Numbered from the stretch's first letter, positions 37,476-48,127 are shown. The stretch is DNA of 64,000 nucleotides from an uncultured Dialister sp. (GCA_900545365.1 UQYL01000003.1:41829-105828), one strand, 5' to 3'. Numbers and translations are program-made. The notes: generated from the sequence alone by a model not told the origin.

Positions 37476-37655
37476 GACGAGCCAGATGCAGAGGATGCGG
37501 AGAAATTCTATGTGAAGTTTCTTTTTCGGCGGATTCGTAAGGATCGCTCCTCTCTTTCAGCGGGCAACGCGCCGCATGACTATAAAATGATCGGCCTTAT
37601 CATAGCACGGATAAAATAGGGACTCAAGAAACGGGAAGGAAATTCATTTTCGCGC

Positions 37656-37684
37656 TTGCGCATCGGGAAGGCCTTTGATACAAT
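37656..37684 (+). promoter_or_regulatory. Candidate SigA promoter of rpsB-tsf
   Basis: TTGCGC (37656-37661), 17-nt spacer, TACAAT (37679-37684). Confidence 0.55.
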
Positions 37685-37805
37685 GGGAAAGCATGAGTAC
37701 ACATGCCATGCGGATCCCGCATCTGTGCCGACAGGAAAAATTTTGAATTTCTGCGGTGGCTGCGGGAGAGGAAGCAGGCAGAAGTGAATAACAGGAGGTT
37801 ATATT

Positions 37806-38564
37806 ATGGCAGTTGTATCCATGAAACAGTTACTCGAAGCAGGCGTTCATTTCGGTCATCAGACCCGCCGTTGGAATCCGAAAATGGCGCGGTTCATTTT
37901 CACCGAACGCAACGGCATCTACATCATTGACCTGCAGAAGACTGTAAAGAAAGTTGAAGAAGCATACGCTTTCCTGCGTGAAGTCGCGGCAAGCGGCCAG
38001 CCGGTCCTCTTCGTAGGCACGAAGAAGCAGGCTCAGAATTCCATTAAGGAAGAAGCGCTGCGCTGCAATATGTTCTATGTCAATGAACGCTGGCTCGGCG
38101 GCATGCTCACCAATTTCCGCACCATCCAGACCCGTGTGGCCCGTCTGAAAGAACTGGAAGCGATGTTTGCGGAAGGCACGACTTCTCAGTACACGAAGAA
38201 GGAAGTTATCCTGATGCGCCGCGAACTGGAAAAACTGGAAAGGAACCTGGGCGGCATCAAAGACATGAAGAAACTCCCCGGCGCTATCTTCATCATTGAC
38301 TCCAAGAAAGAAGAAATCGCCGTATCCGAAGCTCGCAAGCTCCACATCCCGGTCATTGCTACCGTCGATACGAACTGCGATCCGGATCTCATTGATTATC
38401 CGATCCCGGCCAACGACGACGCGATCCGTGCTGTCAAGCTCCTGACCGGCAAAATGGCTGACGCTGTCCTCGAAGGACGTCAGGGCCAGCAGGAAGAAGC
38501 GGCTGAAGCTCCGGCGGAAGAAGCAGCCGAAGCAGAAGAAACTGCTGCGGAAGAACAGGAATAA
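37806..38564 (+). CDS. rpsB: 30S ribosomal protein S2
   Basis: [22 protein letters not shown] is canonical S2. RBS AGGAGG. Confidence 0.97.
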   Translation: MAVVSMKQLLEAGVHFGHQTRRWNPKMARFIFTERNGIYIIDLQKTVKKVEEAYAFLREVAASGQPVLFVGTKKQAQNSIKEEALRCNMFYVNERWLGGMLTNFRTIQTRVARLKELEAMFAEGTTSQYTKKEVILMRRELEKLERNLGGIKDMKKLPGAIFIIDSKKEEIAVSEARKLHIPVIATVDTNCDPDLIDYPIPANDDAIRAVKLLTGKMADAVLEGRQGQQEEAAEAPAEEAAEAEETAAEEQE

Positions 38565-38697
38565 TCGTAAAGGAACGAGGCATGAAAGATTAGGAATTCC
38601 GGCAGACGCCGCATATAGCGGCGGCGGAATTTCTAATTTTATGTGCTGAAATAGATTGTAAGCATTTTTTATCTGAAAAGTACAGGAGGTCACTCGA

Positions 38698-39579
38698 ATG
38701 GCAGCTATTACTGCAAGTATGGTAAAAGAACTGCGCGCCAGCACCGGCGCAGGCATGATGGACTGCAAAAAAGCACTCGCGGAAGCTGACGGCGATATGG
38801 CGAAAGCCGTAGATATTCTCCGTGAAAAAGGCCTGTCCCAGGCGGCAAAGAAAGCGGGCCGCATCGCTGCGGAAGGCGCGGTCGTTTCTTTCGTATCGGA
38901 AGACGGAAAAGTCGGCGTTGTAGCGGAAGTCAATTGCGAAACGGACTTCGTCGGCCACAATGAAGGCTTCCAGACCCTTGCGAAATCCATTGCGAAGCAG
39001 GCTGCGGAAGCGGCTCCGGCAGATCTGGAAGGTCTCCTCGCTTCTGAACTGGACGGCAAGACGGTCAAAGACATGGTCACGGAAGCGGTCGCAAAGATCG
39101 GCGAAAACATCTCTGTTCGCCGTTTCGTCCGCTTTGAAAGCGCGGAAGGCCAGGTGTACAGCTATATTCACGGCGGCGGCAAGATCGGCGTTCTCGTAGA
39201 AATGAAGGGCGGCGACGCAGAACTGGGCAAGGATATCGCCATGCAGATCGCGGCAGCCAATCCGTCCTATCTCGACCGCAGCGAAGTTCCGGAATCTGAA
39301 CTGGAACACGAAAAAGCCGTCCTCTCCGAACAGGCACGCAATGAAGGCAAGCCGGAAAACATCATCGAAAAGATGGTCATCGGCCGCATCAACAAGTACT
39401 ATAAGGAAGTCTGCCTCGTAGATCAGGAATTCATCAGAGACGGCGATCTGACCATTTCCAAGCTGCTGAAATCGAAGAATGCCGAAGTTGTCCGTTTCGC
39501 GCGCTTCCAGCTCGGCGAAGGCATCGAAAAGAAACAGGAAAACTTTGCGGAAGAAATTCAGAAGCAGATTAATCAGTAA
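38698..39579 (+). CDS. tsf: Elongation factor Ts
   Basis: [20 protein letters not shown] is the canonical EF-Ts UBA-like N-terminus. Confidence 0.97.
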   Translation: MAAITASMVKELRASTGAGMMDCKKALAEADGDMAKAVDILREKGLSQAAKKAGRIAAEGAVVSFVSEDGKVGVVAEVNCETDFVGHNEGFQTLAKSIAKQAAEAAPADLEGLLASELDGKTVKDMVTEAVAKIGENISVRRFVRFESAEGQVYSYIHGGGKIGVLVEMKGGDAELGKDIAMQIAAANPSYLDRSEVPESELEHEKAVLSEQARNEGKPENIIEKMVIGRINKYYKEVCLVDQEFIRDGDLTISKLLKSKNAEVVRFARFQLGEGIEKKQENFAEEIQKQINQ

Positions 39580-39680
39580 TCAGAACGAATAAGAGGAACG
39601 CCGGGATCAGTTTTCAGGCGCTTTGCGGGGCAGCATGTCCCGCCCGGCAGAGAGCTCCAGCTGATCCGGTATTTCCGCGG

Positions 39681-39716
39681 ATAAGAGGACACAGTTTTGT
39701 GTTCTCTTATTTTTTG
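39681..39716 (+). terminator. Rho-independent terminator of tsf
   Basis: ATAAGAGGACAC (39681-39692) / GTGTTCTCTTAT (39699-39710) with one G-U pair, followed by TTTTT. Confidence 0.8.
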
Positions 39717-39745
39717 GGCAGAATCGGCCGGGCCCGGCGGACATC

Positions 39746-39774
39746 TTGAATCTCCGGCGGGACTCGGTTATGAT
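39746..39774 (+). promoter_or_regulatory. Candidate SigA promoter of pyrH-frr
   Basis: TTGAAT (39746-39751), 17-nt spacer, TATGAT (39769-39774). Confidence 0.55.
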
Positions 39775-39776
39775 GA

Positions 39777-40544
<768 letters not shown>

Positions 40545-40546
40545 CG

Positions 40547-41104
40547 ATGTACGAAGAAGAACTGAAAAAATTGACGGAAAAAATGGACAAGTCCATTCAG
40601 GCGCTGAAGGCGGAATACGCTTCCGTCCGCACCGGTCAGGCGTCGGCGAGTCTTCTGGACCGCATCCGCGTCGAATATTACGGAACGACGACTCCCGTCA
40701 CGCAGGTAGCGTCTATCACCGTCCCTGAGGCGCGCATGATCGTCGTCCAGCCGTGGGACAGAGCGCTCCTGAAAGAGATCGAAAAAGCGATTCTCCAGTC
40801 CGATCTGGGCCTGGTGCCTATGAATGACGGCAATCTGATCCGCATGGCGGTTCCTCAGCTCACGGAAGAAAGACGCAAGGAACTCTGCAAGGTGGTCAGC
40901 AAAAAGGCGGAAGAAGGAAAAGTTGCGATCCGCAATATCCGCAGAGACGGCAATGATTTCCTGAAAAAAGAAGGCAAAAAGAGCGACGTCTCCAAAGATG
41001 TGATCAAGGAAGCGGAGGACAAGATCCAGAAGCTGACGGATCAGAAAATCAAAGAAGTAGAGGCAGTCACTGAGAAAAAGATCAAAGAGATCATGTCGGT
41101 ATGA
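40547..41104 (+). CDS. frr: Ribosome recycling factor
   Basis: 185 aa. ASVRTGQASASLLD, PQLTEERRKEL. Confidence 0.96.
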   Translation: MYEEELKKLTEKMDKSIQALKAEYASVRTGQASASLLDRIRVEYYGTTTPVTQVASITVPEARMIVVQPWDRALLKEIEKAILQSDLGLVPMNDGNLIRMAVPQLTEERRKELCKVVSKKAEEGKVAIRNIRRDGNDFLKKEGKKSDVSKDVIKEAEDKIQKLTDQKIKEVEAVTEKKIKEIMSV

Positions 41105-41382
41105 TGCGGACAGGGCTCTTTGAAGGGATGCCTTTTGATGAAAATGCGCGGCTCAGACTGACGGAGCTTTTCCCCTGCGGAAAGGTCTCCGTCACCCGGG
41201 GCCGTCATTATTCATTGGAAGAGAATTTTTTATATCTGGTGCGTAGCGGCGCGGACGCTGTCGTCATGCCGCGGATGAGTTACGGCAGGGAAATTACGGA
41301 AGCCCTGACTGATTTGTATGGCAAGGAGAATCGGTTTGTCGGAGAAACGGAATCTGCCAAGGCATGTGGCGATCATTCTTGA
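41101..41382 (+). CDS. Hypothetical 93-aa protein, cNMP-binding-domain-like N-terminal fragment (candidate)
   Basis: ATGA overlap with the frr stop. LFEGMPFDENARL, FLYLVRSGADAVV resembles the start of a Crp-type beta-barrel. The 3' end overlaps uppS. Confidence 0.3.
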   Translation: MMRTGLFEGMPFDENARLRLTELFPCGKVSVTRGRHYSLEENFLYLVRSGADAVVMPRMSYGREITEALTDLYGKENRFVGETESAKACGDHS

Positions 41383-42064
41383 CGGAAACGGCCGCTGGGC
41401 GGAACGGCGCGGACGGGAAAGAACGTACGGGCATCAGTTCGGCGCGGATAATGTGAAGACCATTGTACGGGAAGCCGGGCACATGGGGATAGAAAGACTG
41501 ACGGTGTACGCGTTTTCTACGGAAAACTGGAAGCGTCCGCAGCCGGAAGTCGATTTTTTGATGGAGCTTTTCAAGGATTATCTGCTGAAGCAGCTGCGCG
41601 ATCTCATGGCAGACGGCGTACAGCTTCATGTGGTGGGCGACAGGACCCGCCTTTCGGAAAGTCTTCGCAGGGAGATCGAGGCCTGCGAGGCGGATACGAA
41701 GGATAATACAGGGCTCATTCTGAATGTGGCGATCAATTACGGCGGAAGGGATGAGATCGTCCACGCTGTCCGCCGGATTGCCGAAGACATTAAAGCGGGG
41801 ACTCTTTCGCCGGAAGACGTCACGGAAACACTGATCGGAAGACGCCTCTATGAGAGCGATGCGCCGGATGTGGATTTGATGATCCGGACAGGCGGAGAAT
41901 CGCGCATTTCCAATTTCCTGCTCTGGCAGATCTCTTACGGAGAACTCTACTTTACGCCTGTGCTGTGGCCGGACTTCTCTGTGGAAGAATTTCATAAAGC
42001 CATTGACTGGTATTGCGGAAGAGACCGCCGCTTCGGCGGACTGACGGAGGAAGAGGAAGAATGA
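41336..42064 (+). CDS. uppS: Isoprenyl transferase (undecaprenyl-diphosphate synthase)
   Basis: HVAIILDGNGRWA, FSTENWKRP, IRTGGESRISNFLLWQ. TTG 41336 lies 7 nt after AAGGAGA. ATG 41318 is an alternative start. Confidence 0.9.
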   Translation: MSEKRNLPRHVAIILDGNGRWAERRGRERTYGHQFGADNVKTIVREAGHMGIERLTVYAFSTENWKRPQPEVDFLMELFKDYLLKQLRDLMADGVQLHVVGDRTRLSESLRREIEACEADTKDNTGLILNVAINYGGRDEIVHAVRRIAEDIKAGTLSPEDVTETLIGRRLYESDAPDVDLMIRTGGESRISNFLLWQISYGELYFTPVLWPDFSVEEFHKAIDWYCGRDRRFGGLTEEEEE

Positions 42065-42873
42065 AGGCGCGTCTTCTGACAGCCGTTGTGGGCATTGCCA
42101 CTGTCATCGCGCTGGTCACGGCAGGCGGAATCCCTTTCACCGCGGCGATCGTCATTGTGGCGGCGCTGTCCTGGTATGAGTATGCGCGGATGCTGAAGCC
42201 GCAGATGCCTGTCTATACGGGGCCGGCATTGACCGCGCTGGCGGTCATTCTGGCGGCGGCAGTGTCTTCCTCGGTGGAACTTTTTGCGGCGGCGCTGCTG
42301 ACTTCCTTCGTCCTGCTGCTGTTTTTGATCCTTGTGATTCCGCAGAAAAGGATCCATTCTCTTTTCTATACGGTCATCGGGGTCATGTATTTCGGGATCG
42401 GCTACGGCTCGTTTGTCTTTCTCCGCGGCGGCGACAGCCTGCTCGCACCGGGCGCGGCGGATATCCCCAGCGGCCTGTTTCTGATCTGGTTCGCCCTGAT
42501 CGGTACATGGTCAAGCGATACATTTGCCTATGCGGCAGGCAAGAATTTCGGCCGCCGGAAAATGGCGCCCCACATCAGCCCGAATAAAACGGTGGAAGGG
42601 CTGATCGGCGGGGTGATCGGATGCATCGTCATGTGTATGGCGTATGCGGGATATTTTTCTTTTTCGCTGCTTTACGCGTTCTTCCTGAGCCTCATGATCG
42701 CTGTGGCGGCGCCGATGGGCGATCTGTTTGAATCCTATATAAAAAGAGTGTGCGATATTAAGGATTCCGGAAATATCCTTCCGGGGCATGGAGGAATGAT
42801 GGACCGTTTCGACAGCCTTCTTTTTGTCGCACCGCTGATGACGGCTTTTTTACTGTTTATTAGGAGTTTCTGA
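42061..42873 (+). CDS. cdsA: Phosphatidate cytidylyltransferase
   Basis: CDS signature SYIKRVCDIKDSGNILPGHGGMMDRFDS. ATGA overlap with the uppS stop. Confidence 0.9.
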   Translation: MKARLLTAVVGIATVIALVTAGGIPFTAAIVIVAALSWYEYARMLKPQMPVYTGPALTALAVILAAAVSSSVELFAAALLTSFVLLLFLILVIPQKRIHSLFYTVIGVMYFGIGYGSFVFLRGGDSLLAPGAADIPSGLFLIWFALIGTWSSDTFAYAAGKNFGRRKMAPHISPNKTVEGLIGGVIGCIVMCMAYAGYFSFSLLYAFFLSLMIAVAAPMGDLFESYIKRVCDIKDSGNILPGHGGMMDRFDSLLFVAPLMTAFLLFIRSF

Positions 42874-44033
42874 TGAAAGAAATCGCGGTACTGGGCTGCA
42901 CCGGTTCTATCGGCACGCAGACGCTGGACGTCATTCGTCTCCATAAAGAGCGTTTTCATGCGGCGGTGCTGGCGGCGAGAAAAAATATTGATCTGCTTTT
43001 GCGGCAGTCGGAAGAATTCAGCCCGCACTGCATCGCGGTGACTGATCCGGAAGCGGGGAAAATTTTCCGTGAGAAATACAGCGGACCGGCGGAGGTCATC
43101 ACAGGGGAGGACGCGCTGACCGAAGCGGTGAAAAGAACGGACGTGGATATGGCCGTTATCGCTGTTGTCGGTCTTGCGGGTCTCGCGCCGACGCTGGAAG
43201 CGATCCGGCAGGGAAAGGAGATTGCCCTTGCCAATAAGGAAACGCTTGTCGCCGGGGGCCGTCTTGTGACGGCTGCGGCCGATCAGCGGCATATCCTGAT
43301 CCGGCCGGTAGACAGTGAGCACAGCGCCATATTCCAGTCGCTTCTGGGACAGGACAGAAAGGGAGTGCACAGCCTGATCCTGACGGCGTCGGGCGGCCCT
43401 TTCCGCGGGAAGACCCGGCAGGAGCTGGAAAAAGTCACGCTGGCGGACTGCCTGAAACATCCCACATGGAATATGGGCAGGAAGGTGACCATTGATTCCG
43501 CGACCATGTTCAACAAAGGTCTGGAAATCATAGAAGCGCACTGGCTGTTCCGTGTGCCTTATGAGCAGATTCGCGTCGTCGTGCAGCCGCAGAGCCTGAT
43601 TCATTCCATGGTGGAATATGAGGACGGCTCGATCATCGCGCAGATCGGAAATCCCGATATGCGGCTTCCTATCCAGTTCGCGCTGACCTGGCCGGACAGG
43701 CTGCCGTCGCCTTCTCATCAGTTTGTGGACTGGAGCAAAATTACGGCGATCCTTGTGAGCGAGCCGGATATGAATGTATTCCGTTCGCTTCGGATGGCGT
43801 ATGAAGCGGGGGAGGCCGGCGGCGACGCGGGAGCGGCCTTCAATGCGGCGGATGAAGCGGCGGTAGGCGCTTTTGCGGCGGGACGGATATCTTTCCTCCA
43901 GATCTATGATGTGGTGGAGAGCGTCCTGAACGGCTGGCAGACCGGGCCGATCACTTCGCTCGGCGATGTGCGGGACGCTGACAGGAGAGCGAAAGAAGCC
44001 GCGGAAGCGGTGATCCGGGGGATGGAACGGTGA
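42873..44033 (+). CDS. dxr: 1-deoxy-D-xylulose-5-phosphate reductoisomerase
   Basis: LGCTGSIGTQTLDV, LANKETLV, DSEHSAIFQ. Confidence 0.96.
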   Translation: MKEIAVLGCTGSIGTQTLDVIRLHKERFHAAVLAARKNIDLLLRQSEEFSPHCIAVTDPEAGKIFREKYSGPAEVITGEDALTEAVKRTDVDMAVIAVVGLAGLAPTLEAIRQGKEIALANKETLVAGGRLVTAAADQRHILIRPVDSEHSAIFQSLLGQDRKGVHSLILTASGGPFRGKTRQELEKVTLADCLKHPTWNMGRKVTIDSATMFNKGLEIIEAHWLFRVPYEQIRVVVQPQSLIHSMVEYEDGSIIAQIGNPDMRLPIQFALTWPDRLPSPSHQFVDWSKITAILVSEPDMNVFRSLRMAYEAGEAGGDAGAAFNAADEAAVGAFAAGRISFLQIYDVVESVLNGWQTGPITSLGDVRDADRRAKEAAEAVIRGMER

Positions 44034-45049
44034 TGACGATTCTGGCGCCGATCATCGTTTTCGGACTCATTGTCCTCATCCATGAAGGCGGGCACTTTAT
44101 TACGGCCAAAATGACCGGAATGAAAGTGGAAGAATTCGCCGTGGGGTTCGGGCCAAAAATCTGGTCGTGCAGAAAAGGGGAGACCGTGTATTCACTCCGT
44201 CTGATCCCTCTGGGCGGCTTTAATAAAATCATGGGCATGGCGCCCGGAGAATCATCGGATCCCCGGGCTTTTTGCGCGCGTCCGGTATGGCAGCGGCTGA
44301 TCGTGATCTCCGCGGGCTCGGTGATGAATATTTTTTCCGCGTTTCTGATCTTTGCGGGGCTGTTCATGGCTGTCGGGATACAGACTTTTCCCAATCAGCC
44401 CGTTATCGGAGCCGTGCTTCCCGATTCTCCCGCACAGGCGGCAGACCTCCGTCCGGGAGACCGGATATTGGCCGTCAATGGACAGGCAGTCTCTCAGTGG
44501 ACAGAGTTGGCGGAGCGTCTCAGTCTCCGCCCCAATCAGGTCGTTGCCGTCTCGTATGAAAGAGGCGGAGAACAGCGGTCGATCTCGGTGATTCCCGAAG
44601 ATAACGGGCACGGGCGGGCCGTGATCGGCGTTACGCCTTTCATGGAAAGCCGGTCCGTTTCGCCGGGAGAAGCGGCTGTTTTGGGCGCGGACCGCTGCCT
44701 TTTTGTCATCCAGGCAGTTTTATCCGGCATTGGCGCGATGATCGCCGGCGGAACAGCGGATGTGTCCGGGCCGATCGGCGTAGCCCGCATGGCCGGAACG
44801 GTAGCGGAAACCGGCGCTCTTCAGTTCCTGCTGTTTATCGCGGTACTGAGCCTGAACTTGGGAGTGCTGAATCTGTTTCCCATACCTCTCCTGGACGGCG
44901 GGCTGTTCTTCCTGACGCTGGCCGAAGCCGTCCTGCGGCGGCCTTTGCCGGACAGGGCGCTGTACTACATCCAGACCGCGGGGATCATGATTCTGCTCAG
45001 CCTGTTCATGCTGGGAATGATCAATGATCTGTCCGCGCTGTCCCGGTAA
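44033..45049 (+). CDS. rseP: RIP metalloprotease RseP (site-2 protease)
   Basis: HEGGH zinc motif, PDZ domain, NLFPIPLLDGG. GTG 44030 is an alternative start. Confidence 0.9.
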   Translation: MTILAPIIVFGLIVLIHEGGHFITAKMTGMKVEEFAVGFGPKIWSCRKGETVYSLRLIPLGGFNKIMGMAPGESSDPRAFCARPVWQRLIVISAGSVMNIFSAFLIFAGLFMAVGIQTFPNQPVIGAVLPDSPAQAADLRPGDRILAVNGQAVSQWTELAERLSLRPNQVVAVSYERGGEQRSISVIPEDNGHGRAVIGVTPFMESRSVSPGEAAVLGADRCLFVIQAVLSGIGAMIAGGTADVSGPIGVARMAGTVAETGALQFLLFIAVLSLNLGVLNLFPIPLLDGGLFFLTLAEAVLRRPLPDRALYYIQTAGIMILLSLFMLGMINDLSALSR

Positions 45050-45100
45050 AAAGGCGGCAGGATTTCTGAGATTCTGAAAGATCTTTCAACGGAGGCAATG

Positions 45101-46162
45101 ATGAGAAAAACCAGACAGGTCAATGTAGGGGGCGTGCGGGTCGGAGGCGGAGCCCCGATCGCCATTCAGTCCATGAGCACATTCAGTCCCGTGGATACGT
45201 CATACGCGGCGGCGCAGATCAATGCGCTGAAAAAAGCGGGCGCGGATATCGTCCGGGTGGCTGTGCCGGACAGGAAAGCGGCGGAAGCGCTGAAAGACCT
45301 GAAGCAGATGACGGACGCGCCGCTGGTGGCGGACATCCATTTTGATTACCGCCTGGCGCTCACCGCCATGGAAGCGGGGATCGACGCGCTGCGCATCAAC
45401 CCGGGAAATATCGGACGCAGGGAAAATGTAGTCAAAGTCGTGAAAATGGCCCGGCAGGTCCATGTGCCGATCCGGATCGGGATTAATGCGGGGTCTCTCC
45501 CGGAAGATCTTCTGGAGAAATACGGAGGACATCCCACGGCGGAAGGCATGGCAGAAGGCGCCATGCGTCATGTGCGCATTCTGGAAGAAGAAGGCTTTCA
45601 TGATATTGTGATTTCCGTAAAGTCTACCGATGTGCCTATGATGGTGAAGGCCAACCGGCTCCTTGCGGCGCAGACAGACTATCCGCTGCATCTGGGCGTG
45701 ACAGAAGCGGGAACGGAATACAGGGGCACAGTGAAATCGGCGATCGGGATCGGTTCGCTCCTTCTTGACGGCATCGGGGATACCATCCGTGTCTCGCTGA
45801 CCGATGATCCGCTGAAGGAAGTCCGCGCGGCGAAAGAGATCTTATCGGCCCTCGGCATACAGCAGTACGGGCCGGTGATGATCTCCTGTCCTACATGCGG
45901 GCGCACGCAGGTCGATCTGATCCGCATGGCGCAGGCGGTGGAAGAAAAGCTGAAAGAATTTAAAACGCCGCTCCGCATTGCCGTCATGGGGTGCGCCGTG
46001 AATGGCCCCGGCGAAGCGAGGGAAGCGGATTTCGGGATCGCCGGCGGAAAAGGCAGCGGTCTGATTTTCAGTAAAGGAAAAATTCTTCGGAGCGTTCCCG
46101 AATCGGAACTGATTGATGCGCTGATGGAAGAAATCCGGAAGTATGAAAAAGAAAATCAATAA
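45101..46162 (+). CDS. ispG: 4-hydroxy-3-methylbut-2-enyl diphosphate synthase
   Basis: GcpE family. Fe-S cysteines in CPTCGR and GCAVNGPGE. ATG 45101 lies 5 nt after GGAGG, or the start may be 45098. Confidence 0.95.
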   Translation: MRKTRQVNVGGVRVGGGAPIAIQSMSTFSPVDTSYAAAQINALKKAGADIVRVAVPDRKAAEALKDLKQMTDAPLVADIHFDYRLALTAMEAGIDALRINPGNIGRRENVVKVVKMARQVHVPIRIGINAGSLPEDLLEKYGGHPTAEGMAEGAMRHVRILEEEGFHDIVISVKSTDVPMMVKANRLLAAQTDYPLHLGVTEAGTEYRGTVKSAIGIGSLLLDGIGDTIRVSLTDDPLKEVRAAKEILSALGIQQYGPVMISCPTCGRTQVDLIRMAQAVEEKLKEFKTPLRIAVMGCAVNGPGEAREADFGIAGGKGSGLIFSKGKILRSVPESELIDALMEEIRKYEKENQ

Positions 46163-46168
46163 TTTTTA

Positions 46169-46201
46169 CAGAGCCTGTCCGGGTATCGGCGGGCTCTTTT
46201 C
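46169..46201 (+). terminator. Candidate terminator of ispG
   Basis: AGAGCC (46170-46175) / GGCTCT (46192-46197), followed by TTTT. Contains an inner CCG/CGG stem. Confidence 0.5.
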
Positions 46202-46265
46202 GTGCGCGCCTGCGGGGGAAAAGACGGCTGTATTTTTTGCGAATCCGGGAGAAGGCGTTTTTATT

Positions 46266-46294
46266 TTGGAATCAATTATGGGCTGGTGTATAAT
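46266..46294 (+). promoter_or_regulatory. Candidate SigA promoter of proS (extended -10)
   Basis: TTGGAA (46266-46271), 17-nt spacer ending in TG, TATAAT (46289-46294). Confidence 0.55.
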
Positions 46295-46372
46295 AATCAG
46301 CGGGAATCCATTTACGGTTTATCATTTCTCTTTTCCCGTCACAGAGGGAAAAGAATACAGGAGGAGATTTCT

Positions 46373-48097
46373 TTGTTAGCATCCAGATTGTACAGCCCGA
46401 CACTCAGAGAAATTCCGGCGGAAGCCGTTGTTATCAGCCATAAATATATGCTGAAGGCGGGAATGATCCGCAAGATTGTCGGCGGGATCTATGTATATAT
46501 GCCTCTGGCGTGGCGCACGCTGCAGAAGATCGAAGCGATCATCCGCGAGGAAATGAATAAGGCCGGGTCTCAGGAGATCCAGATGCCGATCATTCAGCCG
46601 GCGGAGATCTGGCAGCAGACCGGACGGTGGGCCGTCTACGGTGACGAGATGTTCCGCCTGCAGGATCGGCACGGTCGCCAGTACTGCCTCGCGCCGACTC
46701 ACGAGGAAATGATCACGACGCTGGTGCACATGGATACCAATTCCTATAAACAGCTGCCGGTGAGTCTGTATCAGATCCAGAATAAATACCGCGATGAGCT
46801 TCGTCCCCGATTCGGGCTGATGCGGGGCCGTGAATTTATTATGAAAGACGCCTATACTTTTGATAAAGACGCGGAAGGGCTGGATATCCAGTACAGGCGC
46901 ATGTATGACGCCTATACGAATATCTTTACCCGGTGCGGCCTGCATTTCCGTCCGGTACTGGCCGATTCCGGCGCGATCGGCGGCAGCACGACGCATGAAT
47001 TTGAAGCGCTGGCCGATTCCGGAGAAGCGGATATTGTCTATTGCCGGCACTGCGATTTTGCGGCCAATACGGAAGCGGTCGTTCCGAATACGCTGCCCTG
47101 TGATGTTAAAAATGATAAAGAGAAAGAACTGGTGGCGACGCCGGGCCAGCACACGATCGAAATGGTCTGCGATTACCTTCGGCTGCCGATCGAACGGTCG
47201 GTCAAAGCGGTGGTATATAAACTGGACGATACGGTCGTGCTGGCAATGGTCCGCGGCGATCACGAAGTCAATGAAGTGCATTTGCAGAATATTTACGGCG
47301 CGGCTGTGGTCGGCATGGCTTCGGAAGAAGATCTGGCCCGCTGCGGTCTGACCGCGGGCTACATCAGCCCGATCGGTCTGAAAAAATCGGAATATTTCGA
47401 TATCGTTGTCGACAAGTCCGTCATGGAAATGCAGGATGCCTGCTGCGGCGGCAATCAGAAAGACATGCATTATATCCATGTCAATCCGGCCCGCGATTTC
47501 GGCGATGTCCGTGTAGAGACCATCCGGATGATCAATGAGAAAGATGTGTGCCCGGAATGCGGCGGTGAGATCGTCATGAAGAAGGGCATCGAGGTGGGAC
47601 AGGTATTTAAGCTGGGCACGAAGTACAGCGAAGCACTGGGCTGCACCTACCTGGATCAGAACGGCAAATCCCAGCCCATGGTCATGGGGTGCTACGGCAT
47701 CGGCGTATCCCGCACGATGGCGGCGGCGATCGAGCAGAGCCATGACGACGACGGGATCATCTGGCCGGTCGCGATTGCTCCCTATGAGGCGGTCATTGTA
47801 CCGGCAAACAACAAAGACGAGAAAGTGATGGCGGCGGCGCAGGTGCTGTATGAGTCCTTTGAGGAAAAGAGCGACGAAGTCGTTCTGGATGACAGAAATG
47901 AGAGAGCGGGCATCAAATTTAAGGACGCGGATCTCATCGGGTATCCGGTGCGGGTGACGATCGGCAAGAAATGGCAGGAATCGGGCAATGTGGAGATCCG
48001 CATCCGCCGCACAGGAGAGACCATCGAAGTGCCGCTGGAAGAATGCCGGGAAAAAGTTCTTGCCGTACTCAGCGATCTGCACAGCAAAAATCAGTGA
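46373..48097 (+). CDS. proS: Proline--tRNA ligase (bacterial type with editing domain)
   Basis: TTG 46373 lies 7 nt after AGGAGGA. The N-terminus (M)LASRLYSPTLREIPAEAVVISHKYMLKAGMIRK is typical ProRS. The longer ORF-track N-terminus was rejected. Confidence 0.92.
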   Translation: MLASRLYSPTLREIPAEAVVISHKYMLKAGMIRKIVGGIYVYMPLAWRTLQKIEAIIREEMNKAGSQEIQMPIIQPAEIWQQTGRWAVYGDEMFRLQDRHGRQYCLAPTHEEMITTLVHMDTNSYKQLPVSLYQIQNKYRDELRPRFGLMRGREFIMKDAYTFDKDAEGLDIQYRRMYDAYTNIFTRCGLHFRPVLADSGAIGGSTTHEFEALADSGEADIVYCRHCDFAANTEAVVPNTLPCDVKNDKEKELVATPGQHTIEMVCDYLRLPIERSVKAVVYKLDDTVVLAMVRGDHEVNEVHLQNIYGAAVVGMASEEDLARCGLTAGYISPIGLKKSEYFDIVVDKSVMEMQDACCGGNQKDMHYIHVNPARDFGDVRVETIRMINEKDVCPECGGEIVMKKGIEVGQVFKLGTKYSEALGCTYLDQNGKSQPMVMGCYGIGVSRTMAAAIEQSHDDDGIIWPVAIAPYEAVIVPANNKDEKVMAAAQVLYESFEEKSDEVVLDDRNERAGIKFKDADLIGYPVRVTIGKKWQESGNVEIRIRRTGETIEVPLEECREKVLAVLSDLHSKNQ

Positions 48098-48127
48098 TCA
48101 GCGCGCATTGGCGGGCAGGAGGACAGG

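Noticed and set aside
37690-37800. Cluster of short hairpins in the rpsB 5' leader as a possible S2 autoregulatory element
   Set aside because: The stems are short (5-6 bp), and I know of no defined Firmicutes S2 leader to compare them with. The evidence from a single sequence is insufficient.
46163-46372. T-box leaders upstream of proS (and of alaS at 63598-63695)
   Set aside because: There is no GGTGGNACCNCG-type T-box core and no terminator/antiterminator pair. Only thrS has one in this window.
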